Positions 8,621 to 19,736 of a DNA stretch of 32,000 nucleotides are shown piece by piece. Both the position numbers and the translations under genes were made by a program. This DNA comes from an uncultured Opitutales bacterium. GTDB lineage: Bacteria > Verrucomicrobiota > Verrucomicrobiia > Opitutales > UBA9783. The notes below the pieces were generated by a model. The model saw only the letters and a list, made by a program, of their open reading frames with translations. It was not told where the DNA came from and did not search any database. The stretch spans positions 300,001 to 332,000 of the forward strand of contig CAKUSQ010000001.1 of assembly GCA_934691225.1 (NCBI GenBank), given 5' to 3'. Position 1 is the first letter of the stretch, and every line of letters starts with the position of its first letter.

Positions 8621-11037
8621 AAATTTTGCTTCCTTACTTGATAATCATAATTTTTTTCGAGCATTTCCTGCAATGCTTCGAAAATCGGACTTACTGTCTC
8701 TTCCGTGAGGGTACCACTATTTGAACCAAAAACAATCGTAAATGCGAGACTTTTCTTCAGTAAATTTTGTTCATCGTAGAAAACATCAAACAAACGAACT
8801 TCCTGAACCTGAACCGGATTTTTTACTAGTTTTTTCAACGATTTAATGATCACCTGCCGAACCTCTTCACCTAAAACTGTTTTCGGAACCCACAAGGCAA
8901 TATCTTTCATAACTGATGGGCATTCTGAATAAGCAGAAAACGTTTTATCCGATTTCAAACGAATCCTTTCTGGCAACCACATACACTCAGCTGCAAAAAC
9001 AATTTCATTTTTAAACCATTGCTGTGTAAAATTTAGATTCAAATATCCTAAATCAGCTTCAAAACCTCTCTGTTCCCACAAACCTATTTTACCAGAATAG
9101 TTATCTTGCCATAAAGGTATAGGCGTCATGGTAGCTGTCTGTACAACCGAACCCTGCATACCGCTCGCAACGATTAAAGAACGAACATAATTTTGTGCTT
9201 CATAAAAATTAAAATTCGTTGTTTTCATCCACTGACGCTCTGTTGACGGACAAAACACAAACGCGGTTGCCAACATTTCACACAACTGCCCATTGCGATT
9301 CACCTTAAAAATACGCCCTGTCTCAAATAAACGCTCAACGGCATTACCATGATGCCAATTTTCACATAAACAATTTATCAATCCAGGCACTAAAGAAAAT
9401 CGTAAACAAGCGTGTTCTGCACTCAAAGGTTTTGTTAGCGTTAAAACACGAAGTTGTTCATCTGGTAAAAAACCTTCATACCAAGTACGAGGCTGCAACG
9501 TATCTGTATAACACTCATAAAATCCTGCATTTGAAAGAATAGCTGCGTGACTATCACGAAGCTTATTTTCAACTGCATCTTCAACCTCACAAGCCACTCC
9601 ATCCGGTTGTTTCGTCGGGATCTTATCCGTTCCCCACAAACGAATAAATTCTTCAACCAAATCTGCAACCTGCGTTACATCATCACGATAGACCGGAACC
9701 GTTACTTTAAAGAAGTCAGGTTTATATACAACAAACAAGAAATTTAACTTTTCTAATGTTTGTTTAAAAATATCCCCTGAAATTTCAAAACCTAAGATTT
9801 TTTTAACTTTATTAAAATCCACATCTAAAACGCGCGGAACAATTTCATCTTTGCCTAAACATACATACTTTACAACCTTAAGACCCGAATTTGTTTTTCT
9901 TAACAATTGAAGTGCTTGCGCTAAAGCTTTCGAAGCATTTGTCTTATCAACAAACCGTTCAAAACGATAAGAACTATCGCTCGACAGGTTCAATTTTTGC
10001 GAAGTTTTGCGAATTGAATTCGCTGAAAAATGCGCACATTCAATAAAAATACGTCGTGTTGTTGATTTTATTTCACTTGATGCTCCACCCATAACACCTG
10101 CAATTGATAATGCGTGAGCTTCATCGGCTACCACCAACATATCTTCATCAAGTACACGCTTTTGCCCATCTAAGGTAACCAGTTCTTCGCCTTGATAAGC
10201 TTTTCTAATTTTCAATGAACCATGAATTTGATCCGCATCAAAAGCATGCAATGGTTGTCCTTGTTCCAATAAAACACAATTAGTAACATCCACTACATTG
10301 TTAATAGCTCGTAATCCCGACTTCTGCAAAAAACTCTGGATTGCTTCCGTACTAGGCATTACCTCAACTCCTTCAATTAAACAACCCGAAAAATAATCAC
10401 AATCTGCAGATGTTACTGTCGCAAAATCATTACTTACATCAAAGTTTTCGTTTATTTCTACCGTATTTAAAGGAAGATTAAAAAATGCACTCAACTCTCT
10501 CGCCAATCCCCAATAACATAAACAGTCACCTCGATTTGAAGTCACTGAAATATCCCAAACAACATCTCTCTTTTCAGAAAAAAGCTGCTCTAAAGGAGTA
10601 CCGATAGTTGGTTTTAAATCGTTTAAAATATATAATCCAGAACTTTCTCCTGAGGTTAATCCTAACTCGCTCGCACTGCACATCATACCGCAGGATTCAA
10701 CCCCCCGCATGCGCGTCTTCTTTAAAATAATATCACCTAATTTCGCACCTTCCAAAGCCACAGGAACAATATCACCTACCGTAAAATTCGATGCACCGCA
10801 TACAATTTGTAAGGGGTCTTGTTGCCCAACATTTACCTTGCAAACACTTAAATGGTCCGAATCCGGATGCTTCACCTTCTCAATAACTTGGCCAACCACC
10901 AATGGCCCTTCACCACAATAACCCAGTTTTTCTGTTCCCTCAATTTCAAAACCTAAATGAATAAAAGCTGCAGCCACTTCTTCTGGATTACTTGGAACAG
11001 AAATATAATATTTGAGAATACTTAAAGCAATCTTCAT
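8617..11037 (-). CDS. pheT: phenylalanine--tRNA ligase beta subunit
   Basis: 806 aa. Has an N-terminal tRNA-binding OB domain (VVGQVIEKVKHPDSDHLSVCKVNVG), B3/B4 and B5 regions, and a ferredoxin-like C-terminal domain. Confidence 0.93.
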   Translation of the reverse strand: MKIALSILKYYISVPSNPEEVAAAFIHLGFEIEGTEKLGYCGEGPLVVGQVIEKVKHPDSDHLSVCKVNVGQQDPLQIVCGASNFTVGDIVPVALEGAKLGDIILKKTRMRGVESCGMMCSASELGLTSGESSGLYILNDLKPTIGTPLEQLFSEKRDVVWDISVTSNRGDCLCYWGLARELSAFFNLPLNTVEINENFDVSNDFATVTSADCDYFSGCLIEGVEVMPSTEAIQSFLQKSGLRAINNVVDVTNCVLLEQGQPLHAFDADQIHGSLKIRKAYQGEELVTLDGQKRVLDEDMLVVADEAHALSIAGVMGGASSEIKSTTRRIFIECAHFSANSIRKTSQKLNLSSDSSYRFERFVDKTNASKALAQALQLLRKTNSGLKVVKYVCLGKDEIVPRVLDVDFNKVKKILGFEISGDIFKQTLEKLNFLFVVYKPDFFKVTVPVYRDDVTQVADLVEEFIRLWGTDKIPTKQPDGVACEVEDAVENKLRDSHAAILSNAGFYECYTDTLQPRTWYEGFLPDEQLRVLTLTKPLSAEHACLRFSLVPGLINCLCENWHHGNAVERLFETGRIFKVNRNGQLCEMLATAFVFCPSTERQWMKTTNFNFYEAQNYVRSLIVASGMQGSVVQTATMTPIPLWQDNYSGKIGLWEQRGFEADLGYLNLNFTQQWFKNEIVFAAECMWLPERIRLKSDKTFSAYSECPSVMKDIALWVPKTVLGEEVRQVIIKSLKKLVKNPVQVQEVRLFDVFYDEQNLLKKSLAFTIVFGSNSGTLTEETVSPIFEALQEMLEKNYDYQVRKQNL

Positions 11038-11126
11038 AATCCTAGATAAATATTTCTCTCAAAAATTGTCAATGCCTTTATATCAAAGGCCATTGTAGAG
11101 GTTTTATTTATTAATTCATCATAACT

Positions 11127-11162
11127 ATAAAAAAACAAAAAGGAATATAACTATTCCTTTTT
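11127..11162 (-). terminator. rho-independent terminator after groEL
   Basis: On the minus strand: 11-bp stem AAAAAGGAATA / TATTCCTTTTT (11162-11152 and 11147-11137) with loop GTTA, followed by GTTTTTTTAT. It lies 28 nt after the groEL stop. Confidence 0.8.
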
Positions 11163-11189
11163 GCTCATTATTGTTACAACAACACAGGA

Positions 11190-13132
<1,943 letters not shown>

Positions 13133-13159
13133 AAACTTCTTTCTATTTAAGGTTAAAAA

Positions 13160-15097
13160 TTATTTCTTATTTCCATCATCGACAACTTCAAAATCAGCGT
13201 CAACCACATTTCCATCCGCTTTTTTCTCAGCTTTAGGTTGTTCCGGTTGCGGTTGTTCAGGCGTTGCATTAGCATTACCATACATCGCCTTACCGATTTC
13301 CTGCAATGCTTCCAATAAATCCGTTTCTTTGGCTTTCAAAGTCTCCAAATCTACCGACTTATCTTCCAACGCCTTCTTTGTACTTTCCAACTTTGCACTT
13401 AAAGTTTCTTTTTTATCAGCCGGCAATTTATCTCCAAATTCTTTCATTTGCTTTTCAGCCTGATAAACCAAGTTATCTAAACGATTGAACACTTCTACAT
13501 GTTCACGTTCTTTTTTATCTTGATCAGCAAATTGTTCAGCTTCTTTGCGTAAATGTTCAACTTCTTCCTCCGATAACCCTGAAGAACCTGAAATCGTAAT
13601 TCTTTGATCTTTACCTGTCGCAACATCCTTGGCTGTTACATGCAAAATACCACTTGCATCTATATCAAAGGTTACTTCAATCTTTGGTTCACCACGTGGC
13701 GCCATAGGGATACCTTCCAAACGGAACATTCCCAATGTTTTATTATCTTTAGCCAATGAACGTTCTCCCTGCAAAACATGAATATCAACTGCGGTTTGAT
13801 TATCTGCGAAAGTAGAAAATGTCTGCGATTTTTTTGTAGGTATCGTTGTGTTACGATCAATCATAGGGGTTGAAATACCTCCCGCAGTTTCAATACCCAA
13901 TGTAAGTGGCGTTACATCCAACAGCAATACATCGTTAACTTCTCCTTTCAGCACTCCACCTTGAATTGAAGCTCCAACAGCAACGACCTCATCCGGATTT
14001 ACACCCTTATGTGCCGGTTTACCTGCCAAACTATTCGCAATTTCAACCACTTTCGGTGAACGTGTCATACCACCTACCAAAACCAATTCATCAATAGTAT
14101 GAGCATCAATTCCAGCATCTTTCAAACAAGCAAAAAATGGCTGCTTTAACCGTTCATACAGAGGATCACAAATTTGCTCTAATTTAGCACGCGTTAAGTG
14201 TACATTTAAATGTTTAGGTCCACTTGCATCTGCGGTAATAAATGGTAAATTGATATCGGTTTCTTGTGCGGAAGATAATGCAATTTTTGCCTTTTCAGCT
14301 TCTTCTTTTAAACGCTGACGTGCCATAGGATCTTTGGTTAAATCAATGCCATTCTCCTGCTTAAACGAATCTGCCAACCAGCGAATAATAGACTCATCCC
14401 AATCATCACCACCTAATAATGTATCACCATTGGTAGCTTTTACCTCAAAGACGCCATCACCAATTTCCAAAACAGAAATATCAAATGTTCCACCTCCTAC
14501 GTCAAACACAGCAATGGTTTCATCTTTTTTCTTATCCAAACCATACGCTAACGATGCAGCTGTTGGCTCATTGATAATACGTAACACTTCCAATCCTGCA
14601 ATTGCACCTGCATCTTTGGTTGCCTGACGCTGTGAATCGTTAAAATAAGCTGGTACCGTAATTACTGCCTGCTTTATGGTTTCTCCTAAATAAGCTTCCG
14701 CATCTGCCTTTAACTTCGACAAAACCATAGCCGAAATTTGTTCCGGAGCAAACTGTTCTGTTTTATCACCTACCTGACATTCAATCCAAGCATCACCATT
14801 TTTACCTTCAACTACTTTATAAGGCAAATGCTTCAATGTATCTTGAACTTCTTTAAATTTTCGTCCAATAAGACGTTTTGCCGAGAATATCGTATTCTTT
14901 GGATTTGTAATGGCTTGCCGCTTCGCCGCTTGTCCTACTAAACGCTCACCACTTTTTGTGAAAGCGACAATTGACGGCGTTGTACGCGCACCTTCGGCAT
15001 TAGGAATGACAACGGGCTCCCCTCCCTCCATGATCGACATACACGAATTTGTCGTTCCTAGATCTATTCCTAAAACTTTTCCTGTTACTTTATTCAT
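13160..15097 (-). CDS. dnaK: molecular chaperone DnaK (Hsp70)
   Basis: 645 aa. Motifs [19 protein letters not shown] and [20 protein letters not shown] Shine-Dalgarno lies 4 nt before the ATG. Confidence 0.98.
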   Translation of the reverse strand: MNKVTGKVLGIDLGTTNSCMSIMEGGEPVVIPNAEGARTTPSIVAFTKSGERLVGQAAKRQAITNPKNTIFSAKRLIGRKFKEVQDTLKHLPYKVVEGKNGDAWIECQVGDKTEQFAPEQISAMVLSKLKADAEAYLGETIKQAVITVPAYFNDSQRQATKDAGAIAGLEVLRIINEPTAASLAYGLDKKKDETIAVFDVGGGTFDISVLEIGDGVFEVKATNGDTLLGGDDWDESIIRWLADSFKQENGIDLTKDPMARQRLKEEAEKAKIALSSAQETDINLPFITADASGPKHLNVHLTRAKLEQICDPLYERLKQPFFACLKDAGIDAHTIDELVLVGGMTRSPKVVEIANSLAGKPAHKGVNPDEVVAVGASIQGGVLKGEVNDVLLLDVTPLTLGIETAGGISTPMIDRNTTIPTKKSQTFSTFADNQTAVDIHVLQGERSLAKDNKTLGMFRLEGIPMAPRGEPKIEVTFDIDASGILHVTAKDVATGKDQRITISGSSGLSEEEVEHLRKEAEQFADQDKKEREHVEVFNRLDNLVYQAEKQMKEFGDKLPADKKETLSAKLESTKKALEDKSVDLETLKAKETDLLEALQEIGKAMYGNANATPEQPQPEQPKAEKKADGNVVDADFEVVDDGNKK

Positions 15098-15110
15098 ATA
15101 CCTCTGTATT

Positions 15111-15128
15111 GTGCAAAAATCATGCCAA
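15111..15128 (-). promoter_or_regulatory. sigma54-type -24/-12 promoter-like element upstream of dnaK
   Basis: The minus strand reads TTGGCATGATTTTTGCAC. This matches TGGCAC-N5-TTGCW with exact GG/GC spacing. The -12 GC is only about 16 nt from the dnaK ATG, so function is uncertain. Confidence 0.4.
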
Positions 15129-15190
15129 TTTTTAAAAACCGCATAAATTCTAACAAACGTAACCTATTTTAAACAACAAAAGACAAAATT

Positions 15191-15207
15191 TGTGCCAACA
15201 TGGCACA
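15191..15207. promoter_or_regulatory. perfect 7-3-7 inverted repeat TGTGCCA-ACA-TGGCACA (candidate operator/UAS)
   Basis: Read directly from the sequence. Centred about 98 bp upstream of the start site implied by the sigma54-like element. Lies in the dnaK / methyltransferase divergent intergenic region. Confidence 0.45.
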
Positions 15208-15222
15208 TTTTTCTGACACACT

Positions 15223-15239
15223 TGTGCCAATATGACATA
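15223..15239. promoter_or_regulatory. second, imperfect copy of the inverted repeat (TGTGCCA-ATA-TGACATA)
   Basis: The left arm is identical to the first copy and the right arm matches 5/7. It starts exactly 32 bp from the first copy. Confidence 0.35.
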
Positions 15240-15483
15240 AAAATATAACAAAAAGGTTGATTTTTTATAGAAACATCTCAATATTTCTTACATTATTATG
15301 AGTATGCCATATTTTCGTTATAACTTTTCATATCGTGAATTTAAGATAGATGTAGATAAAACCATTAAAATGATTACAACATACAAAATTACTTTTTAAA
15401 TGTTGTTTTATGCTACCATTAAACACTTCTACTACAAATGATGAAGAGGGTTATATTTACCAAAAAACAAAGGATTCTTACAA

Positions 15484-16332
15484 ATGATTAACAATAATAT
15501 TGATAAACATCTAGATTCTCGTCCAGCAATTAAAGATAATGCATGGTTTGACAATTTAGCAAACAGAAAGAAAGAAGAAGCTTCTTTTCATGATTATATT
15601 AGAAGTGATGAAGCAATAACTTCTAATCCTGATACACAAAGCAATTTAAAATTTTATAAAATTACAAAAAAAAGTAAAGATTATGTAAGAAAATGGCTAA
15701 GAGAACATGTAATTGGAAAAGTATTTTTAGATTATGCTTGCGGCGAAGGTCGGCATTCTGAAGATGTGCTGAAAAATTCTTCCCCAAGAATCTTAATTGG
15801 TTTAGACATTTCACCAGAAAGCGTGAAGATATGTCAAGATAAAGCAAGTAACATAAAAACTAAAAGCAAGGTTTATTTTGTTCAAGGTGATTGCGAAAAT
15901 ACAGAATTACCCGACAATTCTATAGATGTTATTTTATGTTCAGAAATGTTACATCATCTCAATTTAAAATCAGCTTTTAAAGAATTATATCGTATTTGCG
16001 ATAAAGGTGGACTTGTCTTTTGCTGCGAAGCTTTGGGAATAAATCCTATCATACAATGGTACAGAAATAGAACACCAAATATGCGAACCGAATATGAAAC
16101 ACACCATATACTTACCCCAAAAGCTTTTGATATAGCTAAAGAAGTCGGTTTTGTTGTAAAAGAGGTAAAATATTGGCATTTATTTGCTATTCCATCAGCT
16201 TTTCTTTTTAAACATAAGATTTTATTTCAAATTTTTCTGAAAATTGGCAATTTTTTAGATAGCATATTTTTAAAAATTCCTGGTTTACAAAAGCTAGCTT
16301 GGCAATTTACTTTTATTCTTCAAAAACAATGA
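15484..16332 (+). CDS. class I SAM-dependent methyltransferase, substrate unknown
   Basis: 282 aa. Motif I VFLDYACGEGRHS, post-I LIGLDIS, IDVILCSEMLHHL and LYRICDKGGLVF. Hydrophobic C-terminal tail. AAAGGA Shine-Dalgarno upstream. Confidence 0.85.
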   Translation: MINNNIDKHLDSRPAIKDNAWFDNLANRKKEEASFHDYIRSDEAITSNPDTQSNLKFYKITKKSKDYVRKWLREHVIGKVFLDYACGEGRHSEDVLKNSSPRILIGLDISPESVKICQDKASNIKTKSKVYFVQGDCENTELPDNSIDVILCSEMLHHLNLKSAFKELYRICDKGGLVFCCEALGINPIIQWYRNRTPNMRTEYETHHILTPKAFDIAKEVGFVVKEVKYWHLFAIPSAFLFKHKILFQIFLKIGNFLDSIFLKIPGLQKLAWQFTFILQKQ

Positions 16333-17066
16333 CCACAAACTATAAATTAAAAGAAAGAATTCATTATAACCAAATAGCCAAAAGTGCACATTACAGTTCA
16401 TGATCTAACATTTACCCTGAATACCTTAAAGCACTTTACCACAAATATCTAAGTTATTTTAAGCAATTCAATTGAGTTATGTTGTGGTATGGGAGAATTT
16501 TCATTTGATATTGCTAAAATAACTCAAGGGAATATACAGGCTTTTGATATTCCAGAAGAAAGTATACGCATTTGTAAAAAACATCAAACATATAAAAATG
16601 GTTGCGATAATCTAACTTTTCAAGCAGCAGATATTGAAACACTTCAATTACCTGAAAAAGAATTCGATGTTATTTGTATGTCAGGAAGTTTGTCTTGCAT
16701 AAATCTAGATACCTTTTTATGCAATTTATATGTTGAAACCTAATGATTGTTTTATCGCGGTTGATACTTACAGATATTCTCCAATTTACAATTCAAAAAA
16801 GAAGGCTCAGTTATTTATTGAAAAAAAGAACCAAAAAAACTCTTTTAGGAATTTCTAAAAAAGAAACTATAGATTCCATTAAAAAATGTTTTGAACGAAC
16901 TGAAGTAAATTTTTATGGCACTTTTGCATTTATAGTCCCATTTTCAAAGTATATCATAGGAACAAATTTAACCGCCAAATTAGTTAATTTTTTAGATAAA
17001 GTTTTCCCTTTTTTAAATAAATATACGTTTAAATTTGTCTTATTTTCAAAAGGAATAAAAAATTAA
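16329..17066 (+). pseudogene. decayed tandem paralog of the upstream SAM methyltransferase
   Basis: ATG 16329 overlaps the upstream TGA (ATGA). In-frame TGA at 16401. Motif I IELCCGMGEFSFDIAK is only readable after a +1 shift (16453-16473). LKPNDCFIAVD needs another shift (16709-16741). The C-terminal part needs a third shift (16743-16856, which contains two A7 tracts). Track ORFs 16489-16743 and 16743-17066 are fragments of it. Confidence 0.8.
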
Positions 17067-17310
17067 AATAAGAAAAAACAGGTGGGTAATAAATCGCTAT
17101 TAAGAATTTTAAAACGGATGTTAGTTATTCATGAGACAAAACGAAAATAGAATCAAATGAAATAAAATGTTCATGTCATTTAGCAATTGAACAAGAAACT
17201 ACTCCTCTGTTTTATCAAAATTTTAAAAAAATAAATCCATACAGATAGTTTATTTAAATTATTTTGATAAATAGATTGAAAAACATTTATCGGGTGTATT
17301 TATTAAAATT

Positions 17311-18426
17311 ATGCAGATTTTTGTTCCTAGAGAAAACGAAAAGGAAACGCGAATTGCTGTAACACCTGATACGGTTAAGCAATTTGTAAAAAATGGATTT
17401 AAAATCCTAGTAGAAAACGGCGCTGGAACGAAGAGTTTGTTTTCAGATAATGATTACATACAAGCGGGTGCGCAAATTATTTCAAACGAAACGCGTGCTG
17501 AAGCTTTTAAAACAGCTGACATTATTTTACATGTACAACCACTTAATGTTGAGGAAATTACTCTTTTAAAAAATGATGCATGGCATATAAGTTTTTTTGA
17601 TGCATTTCGCTATCCTGAAGCGTTAAAAGCATTTAAAAAACAAAAAAGCAATGTTATCAGTTTAGAACGTATACCTAGGACATCGTTTGCCCAAAAGATG
17701 GATGCGTTAAGTTCTCAATCCAGTTTAGCGGGTTACGTGGCTGTGATTCAAGGTATCCAACATCTAACTAAAACTATTCCAATGATGGTTACACCCGCAG
17801 GAACATTGCAAGCTGCCCGTGTGTTTGTTATCGGTGCTGGTGTAGCAGGCTTGCAAGCAATTGCAACAGCTAAACGCTTAGGTGCTCGCGTTGAAGCCTT
17901 CGATACGCGTGCTGAAGTTGAAGAACAAGTAAATTCATTGGGAGCTAAATTTGTAAAAATTGATTTGGGCAAAACAGAAAGCACACAACAAGGATATGCC
18001 AAAGCTTTAACAGAAGAACAACTTCAACGTCAACGTGAGCTTATGACGGCTACCTGTGCACATTCAGATATCGTTATTACAACGGCTAAAGTGTTTGGAC
18101 GTAAAGCCCCTTTGATCATCAATCAACACATGTTAGCATCGATGAAAAAAGGCAGTGTGGTTGTTGATCTTGCGGTAGAAGCAGGTGGTAACACAGAAGG
18201 TTTAACTTTAGGAGAAAATACAATTACTGGCAATGGGGTTCAATTATTAGGGGAAGGTTACTGGGAACGTAAAGTAGCTACATCAGCATCTCAAGTATTA
18301 GCTGCCAATTTGTTTGCACTTATAAGCCATATATTCAATCCCAACAGCGAACTTATGATTAAAAACGAAGAAGATACTATACTCCAAAGTTGTCTGTGGA
18401 TTAAAAACGGACAACCTAGATATTAA
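17311..18426 (+). CDS. pntAA: NAD(P) transhydrogenase alpha subunit part 1 (dI, PntAA-like; alanine dehydrogenase fold)
   Basis: 371 aa, collinear with E. coli PntA residues ~1-370: RIPRTSFAQKMDALSSQSSLAGY, Rossmann motif VIGAGVAGLQAIATAKRLGA, FDTRAEVEEQV, GYAK. No transmembrane dII part is present. Confidence 0.85.
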   Translation: MQIFVPRENEKETRIAVTPDTVKQFVKNGFKILVENGAGTKSLFSDNDYIQAGAQIISNETRAEAFKTADIILHVQPLNVEEITLLKNDAWHISFFDAFRYPEALKAFKKQKSNVISLERIPRTSFAQKMDALSSQSSLAGYVAVIQGIQHLTKTIPMMVTPAGTLQAARVFVIGAGVAGLQAIATAKRLGARVEAFDTRAEVEEQVNSLGAKFVKIDLGKTESTQQGYAKALTEEQLQRQRELMTATCAHSDIVITTAKVFGRKAPLIINQHMLASMKKGSVVVDLAVEAGGNTEGLTLGENTITGNGVQLLGEGYWERKVATSASQVLAANLFALISHIFNPNSELMIKNEEDTILQSCLWIKNGQPRY

Positions 18427-18428
18427 TT

Positions 18429-19736
18429 ATGTCTGATGGAACTCAATCTTTGTTTTCTCAAAACGAACCTAATGAAGAAAACTTCAAGATTCGAGCACCA
18501 TTACCCGAACGCATGCGTCCTCAATCTTTAGAGGAAGTTGTAGGGCAAGTTCATCTGTTATCTGCAAAAAGCGCGTTTCAAAATTGGTTAAAAAATAGTG
18601 GGAATGGCAATGTTTTACTGTATGGACCTCCGGGTTGTGGAAAAACAACCTTAGCTCATCTGATTGCCAAACATCTCAAAAAAAAGCTTATACCCTTAAA
18701 TGCAGTCCTTTCTAATATAAGCGATCTTCGCAATAAGATCTATCAAGCCGAACAAAGTCATGGACAATCCATCTTATTTATCGATGAAATCCACAGATTC
18801 AATCGATCTCAACAAGATGTATTGCTTCCATTATGCGAAACAGGTCGCATACAACTTATTGGTGCAACTACACATAATCCAGCTTTTTATATCATTCCTC
18901 CGTTGCTTAGTCGAAGCTATATTTTTGAGCTTAATGGTTTAAATTCTGATGACATTCAACAAGCACTAACATGCGCCCTTAACGATAATTTTCGTGGTTT
19001 AGGTAATTTACATGTCCAAGTACCACCGTGCATTCTCAAAGAAATCGCTCGAATTGCCAATGGTGATCTAAGACGTGGGCTTAATTTACTAGAATTTTTA
19101 TGCCTTAGTATCCCTATCGGTAGCACTTTAGATGAACAACAAGTAAAAAATGAACTTTCTCATTGGAAAGAAAATTATAATGCTCGTGAAAACGATCACT
19201 ATGATTTTATTTCTGCTTTTATAAAAAGTATTCGCGGAAGCGATCCAGATGCCGCTATTTATTGGCTTGCTAGGATGCTTAAAGGAGGAGAAGATCCTCT
19301 TTTTATCGCAAGAAGATTGATTATTTTAGCTTCAGAAGATGTAGGTCTTGCTGACTCAAGAGGGTTAAACTTAGCGACATCGGCTTATTCAGCATGTGAA
19401 AAAATTGGCATGCCTGAATGCGCTATTAATCTTTCTCATGTAACCATTTTTTTAGCTTTGGCCCCCAAAAGCAACAGTGCGTATAACGCCTGGAATGCAG
19501 CTCATGATTATGTTGCCGCTGGGCATTTACAAAAAGTACCCAACGCTTTACAACAAACTCCCTTACATCGTGATGATATTTACAAATACAGTCACGATTA
19601 CGAAGCCAATGTTTCTGGACAAAGTTATTGGGATGAATCGCAACAATTTTATCATTTAAAACCGATAGGTGCTGAAAAAAACATGGAAACTTTGTACAAC
19701 TATCGGAAACAACTAAAGGAACAACTCAATGCCTGA
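18429..19736 (+). CDS. rarA: replication-associated recombination protein A (MgsA/RarA AAA+ ATPase)
   Basis: 435 aa. Walker A LYGPPGCGKTTLA and Walker B FIDEIHRFN. MgsA C-terminal domain DPDAAIYWLARMLKGGEDPLFIARRL. Confidence 0.93.
   Translation: MSDGTQSLFSQNEPNEENFKIRAPLPERMRPQSLEEVVGQVHLLSAKSAFQNWLKNSGNGNVLLYGPPGCGKTTLAHLIAKHLKKKLIPLNAVLSNISDLRNKIYQAEQSHGQSILFIDEIHRFNRSQQDVLLPLCETGRIQLIGATTHNPAFYIIPPLLSRSYIFELNGLNSDDIQQALTCALNDNFRGLGNLHVQVPPCILKEIARIANGDLRRGLNLLEFLCLSIPIGSTLDEQQVKNELSHWKENYNARENDHYDFISAFIKSIRGSDPDAAIYWLARMLKGGEDPLFIARRLIILASEDVGLADSRGLNLATSAYSACEKIGMPECAINLSHVTIFLALAPKSNSAYNAWNAAHDYVAAGHLQKVPNALQQTPLHRDDIYKYSHDYEANVSGQSYWDESQQFYHLKPIGAEKNMETLYNYRKQLKEQLNA

Noticed and set aside
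13306-15146. Track ORFs lie within or antisense to dnaK (13306-13488, 13672-13860, 14334-14627, 14738-14941, 14910-15146).
   Set aside because: They are shadow or alternative-frame ORFs inside a highly conserved gene, with no start context or motifs.
15191-15207. The palindrome could be read as a NifA-type UAS (TGT-N10-ACA).
   Set aside because: The spacing here is TGT-N11-ACA, and in the second copy TGT-N9-ACA. It therefore does not fit the NifA consensus and is kept only as a generic candidate operator/UAS.
15438-15491. A 17-codon upstream ORF (MMKRVIFTKKQRILTND) overlaps the methyltransferase start and might be a leader peptide.
   Set aside because: It has no Shine-Dalgarno, no associated RNA structure and no conservation evidence. 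It is too short to support from sequence alone.
16174-16188. A second sigma54-like motif, TGGCATTTATTTGCT, lies inside the methyltransferase coding region.
   Set aside because: The spacing between GG and GC is one nucleotide short of the consensus. The motif is intragenic and has no associated upstream repeats, so it is probably chance.
16401-16403. The in-frame TGA in the second methyltransferase might indicate TGA recoding (genetic code 4 or 25).
   Set aside because: The other conserved genes read full-length under the standard code, and several terminate at TGA at the expected positions (e.g. 16330-16332, truA, rarA). The same gene also carries three frameshifts, so it is a pseudogene.
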